The position numbers and the translations under genes were made by a program. Below, one piece after another: positions 52,812 through 64,000 of a DNA stretch of 64,000 nucleotides. The notes beneath the pieces were generated by a model. The model was not told the origin of the DNA. It was given only the letters and a program-made list of their open reading frames with translations, and ran no database searches. Source of the stretch: Vitrella brassicaformis CCMP3155 (taxonomy: Eukaryota; Protista; Chromerida); the NCBI GenBank assembly GCA_001179505.1, contig CDMY01000581.1, forward strand, positions 124,001 through 188,000, in the 5' to 3' direction. Every line of letters starts with the position of its first letter. Within the stretch, counting starts at the first letter, position 1.

Positions 52812-55800
52812 ATGAGGCGGCTGGGTACCTCTTTTCCTAACATTTGTGTCGTCCGCGGGGCAGCGGTGATTGCCTCTGCTGTTGTCGCGAGTGAGTCGTG
52901 CAGGCGGCCGTCGAGGGTATGCTTGTGTCAGGGGCACCGCAGTGAAGACCGTGCAGGTGCGGTGCAGCACCGCACCCGAGAGGCGAATGGATGAATCAAT
53001 GAGTGTGGAGAATCAATCAGATTGATTCACAGTGAATGGAGCCGACCTGCATGGCTCGTGTCGTGTGGCTGTCTGTCTGTCTGTGTGCAGGGAGTGCGGA
53101 AGTGTTGGGTCCCATCTATCGCTTCTTTGCCGACATCTGGCGCAGCACCAGGTGGGAAACAAACAGATCGTCTGCTCATTGCATTGCTTATGTGTTTCGG
53201 TCCGTGTGTCTGTCTGTCTGTCTTCAGCTCCGTGGACGAATGGCTTCAGGCGCTGGAAGCGGCAGTGACGCAAGGTGACGCAGATCTGGATCGCGCCGCC
53301 GAGCTTAGCGAGGGCGTGGCGAGGAGGCTGTGGGGCATCGCTGCCGACAGATCTGCGCCCTCGAGGACCAGAGGGGTGGGAACACGCAAACACTCACACT
53401 CACATCCAGATTTGCCGGTTGGTTGTGTTGGACGTTTGTGTGGCGGGCGGGATGATTCGGGTTAGCACGCGCTGAATGTGCTGCGTCTGCTGCTGACGGA
53501 CTCAGCGAACGGGCCCGCTGCGCTTGGTAACACAGCTTGACTGCAGATCTGAGAGTTGCGCATGGATGTGTGTGCGCTGTGCTGTGTGTTGTGTGCAGCC
53601 GAGTGCCGCGGCATATCTCAGTTGGCGGCCATCTTGGACGACCTCGATGCCACACACTCTTCCACACCACTCTCCCTCACCATGGAGGAACAGAGGTCCG
53701 TCCGGCACATCACATCAATCATGGCGTGCCTTCAGTGCACTGCATGAGAATCAATCGTCTGTCTGTCGTGCAGGTGGTTTCTGGAGTCCCTAGTAAGGCC
53801 GACTCGGCTGCCTCTGTCGTCAGCAGTGGATGTGGCGGGGTATCCCGAGGGGCTGGAGGAAGAGGAGGGCGGCACTGCCGACACGGACAGCATGCGCCCA
53901 AGGCGGTCCGCCATGCAGCCCTGCCTCTCGGACTGGGCACACAACCTACTCGTAACCAAGCTTATCCATCAACAGATCAGAGATCAGTATCTGTCTGTAT
54001 CCTTGTGTGTCTGTTTCTGTTTCGCAGGCTGGGTCTGCCGGCACCTCGCTTGAGTCGACCCTCGTTGAGTGGCTACGCATCCCCCCGTGTGACGCCCTCA
54101 CGCACGTATGCAATGCAATGCACCCATGCGTCGATAGATGCGCACACGCAGCCACGACACAGACCCCCACTGCCCTCTTCCCTGCCATCCGTCCGTCCAC
54201 TTGGATGCAGACGAAGCGCTTCATGGGCCTGATGTTGGCTGGGGAGGTCTTTCGGAAGCGGCCCTCCTCTTCCTCTGAGGTGCAGCACCTGTGGGCCAAG
54301 GTGGTCGAGGAGCGGAGGGAAGACACCATGAGCGGGCTGTGGGCAGTGAGGTCGGCGTGGCTGAGGGCGCTGCAGGCCGGCATCGCCGCGGGGCTGCTCA
54401 CCGAGGACTACAGGCCGCTGGATGCGTCCGAGCGGCGCGAGTGCATGGGGGCCTTGTGTGAGGAGGTGGGGCAGGACCTCTGGGACCACCCCGTGCAGAC
54501 GCTGGCTGTCCTAGCCGACATCCTCGAGGCCACACGAGAGGCCCAGTACCAGCCCTCACGATACCTGCTGCAGCAGCAGCAGCAGCAGCCGGAGTACCGT
54601 CATGAGTTTGACTTCAGCGAGCAGCTCATGTACCTCCTCTTCACCAGCGCACAACAAGGCGGATTATCCACTGATAATGACGGACCCCGGACGTCATCAG
54701 GGGACTCACAACGTGACGACGTTCCCCGCGACGCTGTTCGCTTCGACCGAGGCGACGGGCAGCACCCCTCTCCGCCTCGTCTGCAGAAGGTTGCTGCAGC
54801 GCGTCTCGAGGATTTGAGGCAGCAGGGCGCCCGGCTGCTGTCGACACTGCAGCAGCATCAGAGGCAGCTGCTGGGGCGGGTCCAGGCGCACCGTACTGGC
54901 GTCAGCACCGAAACATCCAGCGCTCTCGGCATCCACCCGCAGCCCTTCGCACAGGTTCTGGCCGCTCATGGCTGGGTCCCCTCACACGTCACCTTCAAGA
55001 GGGGGCCGGCCGAGCTGCAGCTGCTGCCCGGAAGAGCCGCACGGATGCAGCAGCCCCCTCCTGGTGCTTCTGCTGGTGCAGCATCTGCCCCACCCTTACC
55101 CGTTGGCCCACCTGGCGCGCCGCTGACGCCTCGGGCGATCGTCGATGCGGTGAGAAAGCGATGGCAGCGGCCTAATGGCGGTGTCCCTGCCGGCGCCATG
55201 GGAGCCGAGCCGACACGCCTGCCGGTGGAGCTTCTCAACGAAGACGACTTCACGCTGCACCTGTTCGGCCGTCCGTCGCGACCACATGCGAATCTGAGAA
55301 GTGCAGTGGCCATCGCGGCATCCGACTTCCTGGCAGCACTCTTCCGCACGGCGCCGGCGTTGCGGAGCGAGGTGCCAGGAGAGTTCCTGCGCGAGCCGTG
55401 GCTGTCGTACTGTACGGGGCTGCTTCTCGACTGGGCCCCAGTGGCCCACAAGGGGCTTGGCGGTGATCTTGAAGAGAGGGTGGTTGCCGTGAGGCGGTCG
55501 CAGTGTGCCAGGACATCGCTGAGGCTGCTCTGCAGCCAACTGGGTGAGATAGCATTGCAGCCGCAAAGACACAGAGGGATGCCACGTATCTGTCTGACCT
55601 TCCATCCATGCGCCGTGTGCACTGCAGATGGCAGCGAGCAGGTTGTGATAAACGTGTGGCTGCGTCGGCTGATCGTGGCCCTGCAGACCCGGCTGCACCT
55701 GGCTCACATCGATGAGGTGGCGGCGGAGTCGGCGGACATGTGGACGATCGACGACGAGGGTCTCCTGCTCAACACCTTTGGTCAGTCGGCCAGTGCCGGC

Positions 55801-58800
55801 CCGTCCTCGAGCGACAAGACAGCGGAGCAGAGGGCGCCCAACGACAAACAGAGCCGCATCAGGCGGGGAGAACTGCTCAAAAGGTGGGAGGGGAGAGAGA
55901 CGAGTGACCGCATCCATCGCATGCGCATCACATTTGTATCCTATCCGGATGCATGTTATGTGTGCAGTCTGTCGTATTTGTCGTCCTTCATGGATTTCCC
56001 CGTGGACACTTTGCTGCAACTGGAGGGGCCCGCCTTCCTCCGCATGCTCACGGAGGGCCTCATGCGCGACATCGACGCCTACCTCACAGACCTATTCGAG
56101 CAAGTCGAGGGCAAAACCACCCCCACCAGCAGCCAGGACGACACCCAACCACCAGCCCTACCACCCCCAGCCGCAGACGACAGCACCAAGGCTTCTCGTC
56201 GTCTCTCGCTTCGCCCCTTCGGCTCATCATCGCTTGTGCTCGCCGAGGCATCCAAGGAGCCCCAAAGCAACAACGACGCTGCCCCGCCCAGCAGCACCCA
56301 GCAGCCATTGACAGAGACCCCCACCGAGGCGGCCGAGAGGCGTTGGTGGCGCATGCCATGGAATCCTTTCCAGCCTGCGGTGCTGCAGCGGCTGCGTGAG
56401 CGGCTTAGAGAGCGGGGAGGGGGCACCAGCAGGGGAGAGGCCCGCCGTGACAAAACCACTAGCAAAGGCGGGCCGCTGTCTTTACTGCACCCGGATGAGA
56501 TCGCCCGGCAGGCCAGGCGGTGGACGAACCTCAGGGAAATCGTCAGGACCGTCGCAAACGCCACCGCAAGTAGGGGGGAGAGAGGGATGCCGACCGAAGA
56601 GAATCCAGTCCTCCCTCATATATGTGTCTTGTGTTTGTTGCCGTGCCGTAGTGTGCAATGGTGAGGAGCTGCGGTATCTGGGTGACGAGTGGCGTGAGCT
56701 GCTGGTGGACCTGACCAACTTCATCGCCTACCACGTGGAGCAGCACGCCGCACACCAGATCCGCGTCCACCTCAGCCCCGTCGTCATGGAGGAAATCATG
56801 CAGGAGGAAACAGGCACAAACGAGACAGTAGGCCAAGAGGACAAGAAGGACGAGGCGCCCGGGGCTGCGGCTGGGGGTGTCGGCCGCGAGGGCACGTGGA
56901 CCGCCATCACCGGCGCGTCACCGGCCTACTTCGAGGCTGTCAGGGGGCTCTGCAACCTCCAACGGCTGGATCGACCGTCTGTGGCTGCTGCACCCGCGTC
57001 CAGCCCCTTCACAGACCCCTCCATCGTCTACCCCGACGGCATTTTCCCCCTCTCAGTCCCCGGACTCACCGCCGACCTCGATCCATTCAGTGCCAAGTGG
57101 CGGCCTGCCACGCCCCCGCCCAACGCCACACCCACAACACACACACAGCCGCAGCACCCGCCCTTTGACGTCGTGTTTGTGCACGGACTGCGCGGCGGAG
57201 CGCTCAAGACTTGGAAGGCGGGAGGGGGCGTGCCGATCAACGCGCTGGAGCCCTACTCGCCGGCCCCGAAAGATGCCCAGACGAAGCTGTTTGGTCGGTG
57301 GCTGGGGAGGCGGTCAGCCGCCAATAGGCAGAGCGTCGCGCCGACAGCGGACGAAGGCACCACAGCAACAGCACCGACGGCCGAGGGGCCGGAAACAGAG
57401 GCGGGGCAGCCACAGGGACCAAGGGAAGAGGCAGAGAAGCCTTCTGGTGAGGAGGCAAAGTCCCCTGCTGCTGGGCCCCCTCCGTTTCGGGACATCCTGC
57501 AGGGTATCCGAGCGCGAGTGCGGCTGGACGCTTTGCTGCCAGCGGAGAGTGCTGCGATATTCGAGTCCAAGCCTGAGTACCAGCCGCAGGCAGAGGCGGA
57601 GGTTAGCGTCAACGACAAGGGCGTGGCGCAGCTGTCGGTATCCCCGGCAGGCCCACCACAGGCCCTACCATCACCGCCTCTGGGCGACTGGTAAGACAGA
57701 GAGGCCGTCCGAAGCCAGCCACCGGCCGAGAATGTCACGGATGGACGGTTTGGTTCCCTGGCTGTACGCATGTATTGATGCAGGCTGGTGTTATGGCCGC
57801 GGATCATGCTGGCCCACGACTTCCCCTCCGCCAGAATCATCGCCTTCGACGCCCAGGCTATGGGCATCTTCCATGAGCGGCGCAAGTTCGTCTCCCTGCG
57901 CGAACCTGAGGGCGACGAATCCCCCGGCGTCTCTGCCCGCAAGGAGTTCACCTTCATGACCCTCGCGGACCTCAGCGCCTACGTGGCGGAGCGGTTGCGT
58001 CTGTCGCGTGTGGGCGGGCAGACTGAGACGGAAGACGATGCGCGTCCGGTGGTGTTTGTGGCGCACTCGATGGGGGGGGCGCTGGTGAAGATGCTGCTGC
58101 TGGACGACCCCGCCTTGTTGCGGCGGACCCGTGCGGTGATCTTCTTCGGCGTGCCGCATGTGGGGAGCCCTCTGGCGGGCAACCTGATGTTTCTCTACCC
58201 CGCTGTGTCGAGGTATGCACGAGAAATGAGGAAGACGCCCTTCCACCAGAGACTCAACGAGGAGTTCAGAAAGTGCTGCGAACAGCATGGTCAGTGGGGG
58301 GGCGGGAGAGGGAGATGGAGACAGGTAGGGATGGGATATGCGATGCACGTGTGTGTGTGCGGTTGTTTGTTTGTTTGTGGTTTGTATGGCTGGCTGGCTG
58401 GCTGGCTGGATGCCATCCATCCATCCATGTCATTCATGTGTTGTCTATAGACATATCAGTGTTGTCGTTTGGTGAGAGTCTGCCGACTGACGTGCCGTAC
58501 CTGCAGACCAAGATGTTGATTGTGCCGCCAGCCACAGCACACCCGGGATACGGACCATTCTACCAGGTAGGTACCGTGAGTACGTCTGCTGACCGGCAGA
58601 ACACACACACGCACCCAACCCAGTCTCTCTCTCTATTGCATGTGAGTGCAGATCCCGGGTGCGAGTCACGTGGACGTGTGCAAGCCCCCGACGTTCGATG
58701 ACGTGCGGTATCGCTTCACGAGGGACACCATCCTGCAGGGGCTGGCTGGCTGGCAGGGTGGTGGGGGGCAGGGCAGGGCAGGCCAGGGAGGGGGAAATGA

Positions 58801-58804
58801 ATGA
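52812..58804 (+). CDS. SERAC1: SERAC1-like alpha/beta hydrolase with a very long N-terminal extension
   Basis: FDVVFVHGLRGG..TW, WPRIMLAHDFPSARII, RPVVFVAHSMGG (GxSxG-type), AVIFFGVPHVGSPLA, SHVDVCKP. The N-terminus MRRLGTSF... could be mitochondrial targeting. Confidence 0.85.
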
Positions 58805-60101
58805 ACGATAGATGTTTCTGGATACACACGTGGGCCTGTAGACCCTTACCATCCATTCATCCATCCGTCTATCCAGTGGGCAGATAGATAGTCATTTGTC
58901 AGCGCCCGCCTTATGCGTGTGTGTCTGTAGTGTGGGCGGGCTGGTGTGCGCCCCGATGGTTGCGTTCTCGTATGTCCCTCCGGGTGTACATGTCGACGCT
59001 GGTCAGTGGAGACATCAGGGAGGGACGGACGGACGTAATGGTGACTTGTATGTGTCGTATCGTGTGCAGTGAGTGCATTGTCGTCCGTCGCACCCACAAA
59101 CAAACAAACAAACGGACGTGTACGCAGACGCACCCGCAGAGGTCGAAGGTCGATCGATCGGCGAGGTATCCACAGGCAGGCAGGCAGGCAGGCAGGCGGG
59201 CAGGGTGATTCATTGAAACTCACTCACTCACTACAGCCAGTCACTACCGATGTGCGCATGTTCATTCATTGCGCGACGTGCCCTTCGTCTAACATGCATG
59301 CCGATGTCAGACGCTCCCAGTGGATGGATGGTTGTTGCCCCATCCATCCGAATAAACGTCCGCCATCGCTCACGCAAGCGAATAAGGAACCGCACCAACC
59401 AACCATACACTCATTCGGCGCGCACAAGGAACATCGGGACCGATCTGATCTGCACAAGGCGTGCGGTCATTCGCCTGCCTGTCTTGCCTGCCTGCCTGCA
59501 CGACTGCACGACTGCCTGCCAGCAGGGGCGTCGGCACCTCTGCCAGTAATAGCTACATCTGTCTGTCTGTCCACAGCTACTAACCAACAGCCAGCCAGTC
59601 ACTGCCCTCCTCACGGGCCGGGCCAGCTCTCACGCCGGCGTCTGAAGGCAGGCATCCTGCCATGCCACCGAACCGATCGATCTTAAGATACCTCTCTGCT
59701 CTATCTATCTTCTCGCCGCACCGCACCACACCATGATGGCACACCACATCAATCCATCCATCCCTTCATCCATCCAGCAGGCAATCCATTCATCGATCCA
59801 TCCATCCATCCATCGGGATAGCTAGGCAGCTTATGACACGCCCCAACGCCCGCCACCCACCATCCCTCCCTCCCTCCCTCCCTCCCTCCGACTTGTACCA
59901 ACCAAAACCCACACTACTACTTGTATGATATGCGAACGCATGGCGTCGACATGCTTGTCTCTAGGCATTCACCCATCCATTCATGCACCTGTCTGTCGGT
60001 CTGTCTGTCTGTCTGTCTGTCTACCTATCACTCAATCAGTCTACCTATCTAGCCGTCTAGCTAGCCATCTAGCCATCCAGCCATCCGTATCCGTCAGTCA
60101 G

Positions 60102-63100
60102 TCAGGATGTGTGGCTAGCGGCGTCGCCCTCGAATGGCTGGGCGGCGGGCGGCTGGGCCGTGGTGGTCGCACTGGTCACCAGCGGCTGGATGCGCACCTT
60201 GAAAGCTCCCGCGCGGATCTTGCGACCGATCCCGCGACCTTACAAACACACACATGCACACAAATCAATCACCATCCATGACCATGTCGGGGTGTTGTTG
60301 GGAGGGTGAGAGTACGCACCTCTGAGTACGATAGCGATGCGGGCGAGGACGCTCGGGTCGGCGTCATTCTGGATCTGCCAGCGCTCCAGTATCGCCCCTA
60401 ACAGTATCGCTGACGGTTCGTCAGCGACAGACACAGAGGGACGGACGGGCCCAGGCATGCATATGATATGAATGGACAGTGTGCGTGTTTGCAATGGATG
60501 GACATGAGCTTACCGACTAGTTTGACGGTCCCCGCTCCGCCGGCCTCGTTCTTGCCAGGAACATGGTCCAGCAGCAGCAACGTCTCGCGACAAACCAGAC
60601 GGTCAACTGCGCACACCGATAAAGAGACAGACAGACAGACAGACAGATGGGCGGAAAGGCCATGCGCCCGAGTGTGGGATTCCTTCCTCACTGGCCGTCG
60701 TTGAGAGGTCCGTCCTAACACTAGAATCCGTATCCTGATAGTTGCAGGCGTCAAACGCCCCCAACAAATCTGACCATCGGCGCACACACACATAAAGATG
60801 TACCACTCACAGGCGATGGACATTCCCTCCCTCCCCCAAACCACACCCACCGACGCACCTGGCGCGAAGACCTGCAGGACGGTGCGCCAGACCTCGTTCT
60901 CGCTCATCCACATTGCGGTGTCGATGGTCTGCAGCCGATCGGGGGCGAACCCCAGGATCTGACACACCTGGTGCTGAGGCGTCTCCGACTCGACGGAGAA
61001 CAGCCACGACCCCGACGAGTCCTCCTGACCCTCACCGTCACCATCCCCACCACCACCAACACACGGCCCCGCTACCCCTGACGCGGGCGTCTCAGCATCA
61101 TGCTGCTGGCTGCCCTGCCCCTCCCCGTCCATCTCCTCCTGCTCCTGCTTGATGGGCACGTCGGGCACATTGCTGCTGTTGCAGTTGTTCTTGGCTGAGG
61201 GCGGCGCGGGTGCGTCGGCGACTATGGTGGGAGTGCCCCTGTCGGTCTCCCTCTTGATGCGCACCAGGGGCAGCGGCCCCGGCTCGGCCGATGACGCCAC
61301 CGACGCACCGTTGGCCCCCGCCGGCCTGGCGTGTGTGTTGTGGTGCCCTTGTGCGCCGGTGTGTGCAGGGGGACGGGAATGCTGGTGCTGGTGCTGTGGG
61401 TGGTTTGGGTGCATGCTGTGGCCGCCTGTGTTGCCGTCTCTCTGTTCCATGTCGTGGTCAGGCGAGCCCAGACCTGTCAGGGTGGGGGGATGGGGACTAC
61501 TGCCTGCAGGCATATATATCATCAGCAACAACAACAAGACAACACCACCACACACCGTACCGTCCAGTCCACGGATGTGTGTCTATCTCGTGCCGCCTAA
61601 GAACCATGTGGCTGGCTCACCATTGGGCATTTGAGGAGGGGGCGATGTGCCCGCCAGGCCGTTGGGCTGCTGCTGGTGGTGGTGGTGGTGGTGATGAAGC
61701 TGGCCCGGCACAAACGGAGGTGGACCCACAGAGGCCTGAGAAAACAAACAGCAGCGGCCAACCAACAATACGCTTAAGCTACCTCCCTCTCAATGAATGA
61801 CGACACGCACCAGACTTGTTGTGTAGGTAGGTAGGTACCTGTTGCATGTTGTGCTGTTGCTGGTCCTGCACCTGCATCTGCATTTGCATGCCATGGTCCA
61901 CCTCCATGCCCCCACCTCCGCCGCCATAGCCGTACCCGCCACCCATCCCCATCCCAGCTCCCATCGAGTCACCCCCACCAGCACCACCACCAGCGCCAGA
62001 ACTGACACCCAGACTACCAAACGGGCCATTCGCAAACACCGGAAACCCGCCACCGCCGCCGTTGTTGCCGCCCATCGGCAACGAGTCGACGGCCATGTCG
62101 TTGGCAGCGTTGGCATTGCTGTGGGCGTTGGGCGTGTGTGGGTGTGGGGCGCACTGGGGGTTCATGAGGGGTCGCTTGCGTGTGGTGGGCTGGTGGACGG
62201 CCGGGGGAGGGCCGGATGGCACGAGCTGGGACGGCCGGGCGGCCTCGGGCACACAAACGCGGTCGAGCAGACTGGGACGCTCTGATAGACAGACAGAGAG
62301 ACAGAGAGTTGAGAGAAGAACCAATCACGTCCCCCACATTCACTCGGCCCATCTAATCCCTCCCTCCCTGCCCTGCCTTACACACCGCTTGTGGATACAA
62401 CATCCTCGATGCGTCTGTGCATGTCAGCCAGGCGTCTGTGCATGTCCCCCAGCCGGTTGTCGATCTGTCTTTCCTCCTCCCTCGCCCGCACCTCCGTGTC
62501 CTCCCGCATCTGTCTCATGTCCGCCTGCAGCGCGTTGACGTCCGCCTGCAGCGTATTGACGCTCTGCGCCATGCTGGTGAGCATCGTCTCGACGTCCTCG
62601 AGACGCGTGAGCACCGGGCCGATCTGCTTGACCAGCGGCTCCATCTCACCCATGCGCTCCGTCAGATCGTCCAGCACCCGGATCGTGGGCATGTGGTAAC
62701 GCTCCAGGAACTCCTGCACCGTCGTCGGCGACGCGTACCACCCACCACCACCCCCACCGCTGCGCACACCGTTCGCCTGTGTCTGCTGTGGCGCCGTGCT
62801 GCTCATGCGCTCTTGGTGCTGCTGCTGTTGGTCGGCGAATCGGTTGTACTGTGGCTCACGGGTGAAGTAGCCGCCGCCCTGTGTCTGCCCGTTGCCGCCT
62901 GACTCGTTGCTGCGTGGCTCCATCCATGGCTGCTGGTGCGATGAGGCGGGGAAGCCCGACTGGTGGCGGTGGTACTGCTGCTGCTGCTGGCCGCTGTGGT
63001 TGGGATGTGACTGCGGGGAGCCGGTGTTGAGCTCGCCACTGCCGTGCCCTGGCGGCATCATGTTGGGGCGCCGGTCGTTGCTCGACGCAGGCGACTTCCA

Positions 63101-63382
63101 GCCGGTGCCCCTGTCGTGCTGCTGGTGCTGCTTGAGCAAAGCGTGCGGCAGCAAGCCGCTGCCGCCACACATCAAACGGCCGCTGGTGTTGGCGGGCGGC
63201 GCACTGGAGGAGCCGTTGACGTATGTGTCGTGCTGTGCTCTGCCGCCCATTTGGTAGTGGTTGGGGGTGGTGGGCTGCGAGTGGTGGCCGAAGCCAGGCC
63301 CGGATGAGGCCGGGTCGCCCATCGAGCCGCGGTGGCCATGGGACGGGCGCACCTGATACGGCTGATTCATCGGACAACTCAT
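60102..63382 (-). CDS. Hypothetical protein: Q/H/G/S-rich low-complexity N-terminus, heptad coiled coil, globular-looking C-terminal region; ~8 exons
   Basis: Long open first exon (334 aa ORF) with heptads LTRLEDVETML..VNTLQADVNALQADMRQM. Downstream GT-AG exons; the last junction is in phase (..IVLRG|RGIGRKIR..HTS*). Confidence 0.72.
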
Positions 63383-63683
63383 TCAGTCCACTACTGCAGA
63401 CAGCTGGGCGTGAGCCGGGTGCTGACGTGACGCGAGAGGGGGACGGACAAGGCTGAAACTCGGAGATCTGCCGTCAGTGAGGCCTCACCACGCCTCCGCC
63501 GCCCTCTATGCTTCAACGGCGAGTCCGGGGAGGCTGATCAGCACGCACTTGTCGGGAAGAACCGTCATCCACGATGCATTCACCGTGCGTCCATCTCAGA
63601 CAGCCGAGGACGTACGTGCCAAACCAAGCTACAGGTTTCAAGAGGCTGGGAAAACTCTGGGTCGCTTTCCCACAGCTCGCAAA

Positions 63684-64000
63684 ATGATGTGGCGTCCGAA
63701 GAAGGCAAGAGAGCAGCAGGAGGCGGCAGCATCCTCTTCTGCTCGGGAATCATCAGATGCACCAGCGGCTGCAGCAGATGCAGCAGCGGCTGCAGATGTG
63801 GCCTTTGACGCGAGGCAAGACGACCTGGAGGAGGAAAGCGGCAGCGACGGAGAGGAGGAGCAAGGGGATGAGGATGAGGATGATTTCCCCCCCTGCATCG
63901 TATGTTTCGAGCCCTTGGTCTTTGCGGCAGTGCCGCCCTGCAACCAGTAAGAGATAGAGGGAACACAGAGCACAAGACATACCTGACTTGGTGATTTCGT
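63684..64000 (+). CDS. 5' part of a RING-finger E3 ubiquitin ligase, ZNF598/Hel2-like, truncated by the window end
   Basis: An acidic stretch is followed by CIVCFEPLVFAAVPPCN(H), then a GTAAG donor at 63947. This resembles the Hel2/ZNF598 RING start (C..C......A..PCNH). Confidence 0.65.

Overview
This is eukaryotic nuclear DNA: GC-rich and intron-dense, with introns full of (GT)n, (GTCT/ACAG)n, (CCAT)n and (GGCA)n microsatellites. Composition, bipartite plastid-targeting presequences and a CBM20-fused CDPK suggest a chromerid alveolate such as Vitrella brassicaformis (inference). I reconstructed about 14 well-supported spliced genes and 2 weak ones by hand: an aldo/keto reductase, a TM + ABM-like barrel protein, an Mpv17/PMP22 protein, RPS7, an OSCA/TMEM63 channel, an MFS transporter, MOB4/phocein, an Ala-rich membrane protein, a CBM20-CDPK, an ADP-ribosylglycohydrolase-like protein, a giant MATH-USP-like protein, a helical/coiled-coil protein, a SERAC1-like hydrolase, a low-complexity hypothetical protein and the start of a RING E3. 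Most genes sit in head-to-head pairs. The most notable locus (31.6-47.6 kb) is a divergent pair of apparently dead eraser enzymes. One is an ARH-fold protein lacking its Mg-binding motifs; the other is a USP7-like MATH-USP with catalytic Cys and His replaced, followed by four repeats and a SET-like tail. There are five 300-N placeholder gaps, one probably spurious, and a duplicated or chimeric block at 32.7-34.3 kb. I recognised no tRNA, rRNA, CRISPR array or transposon. Exon boundaries and family assignments were made by eye and from recalled motifs, not from database searches.
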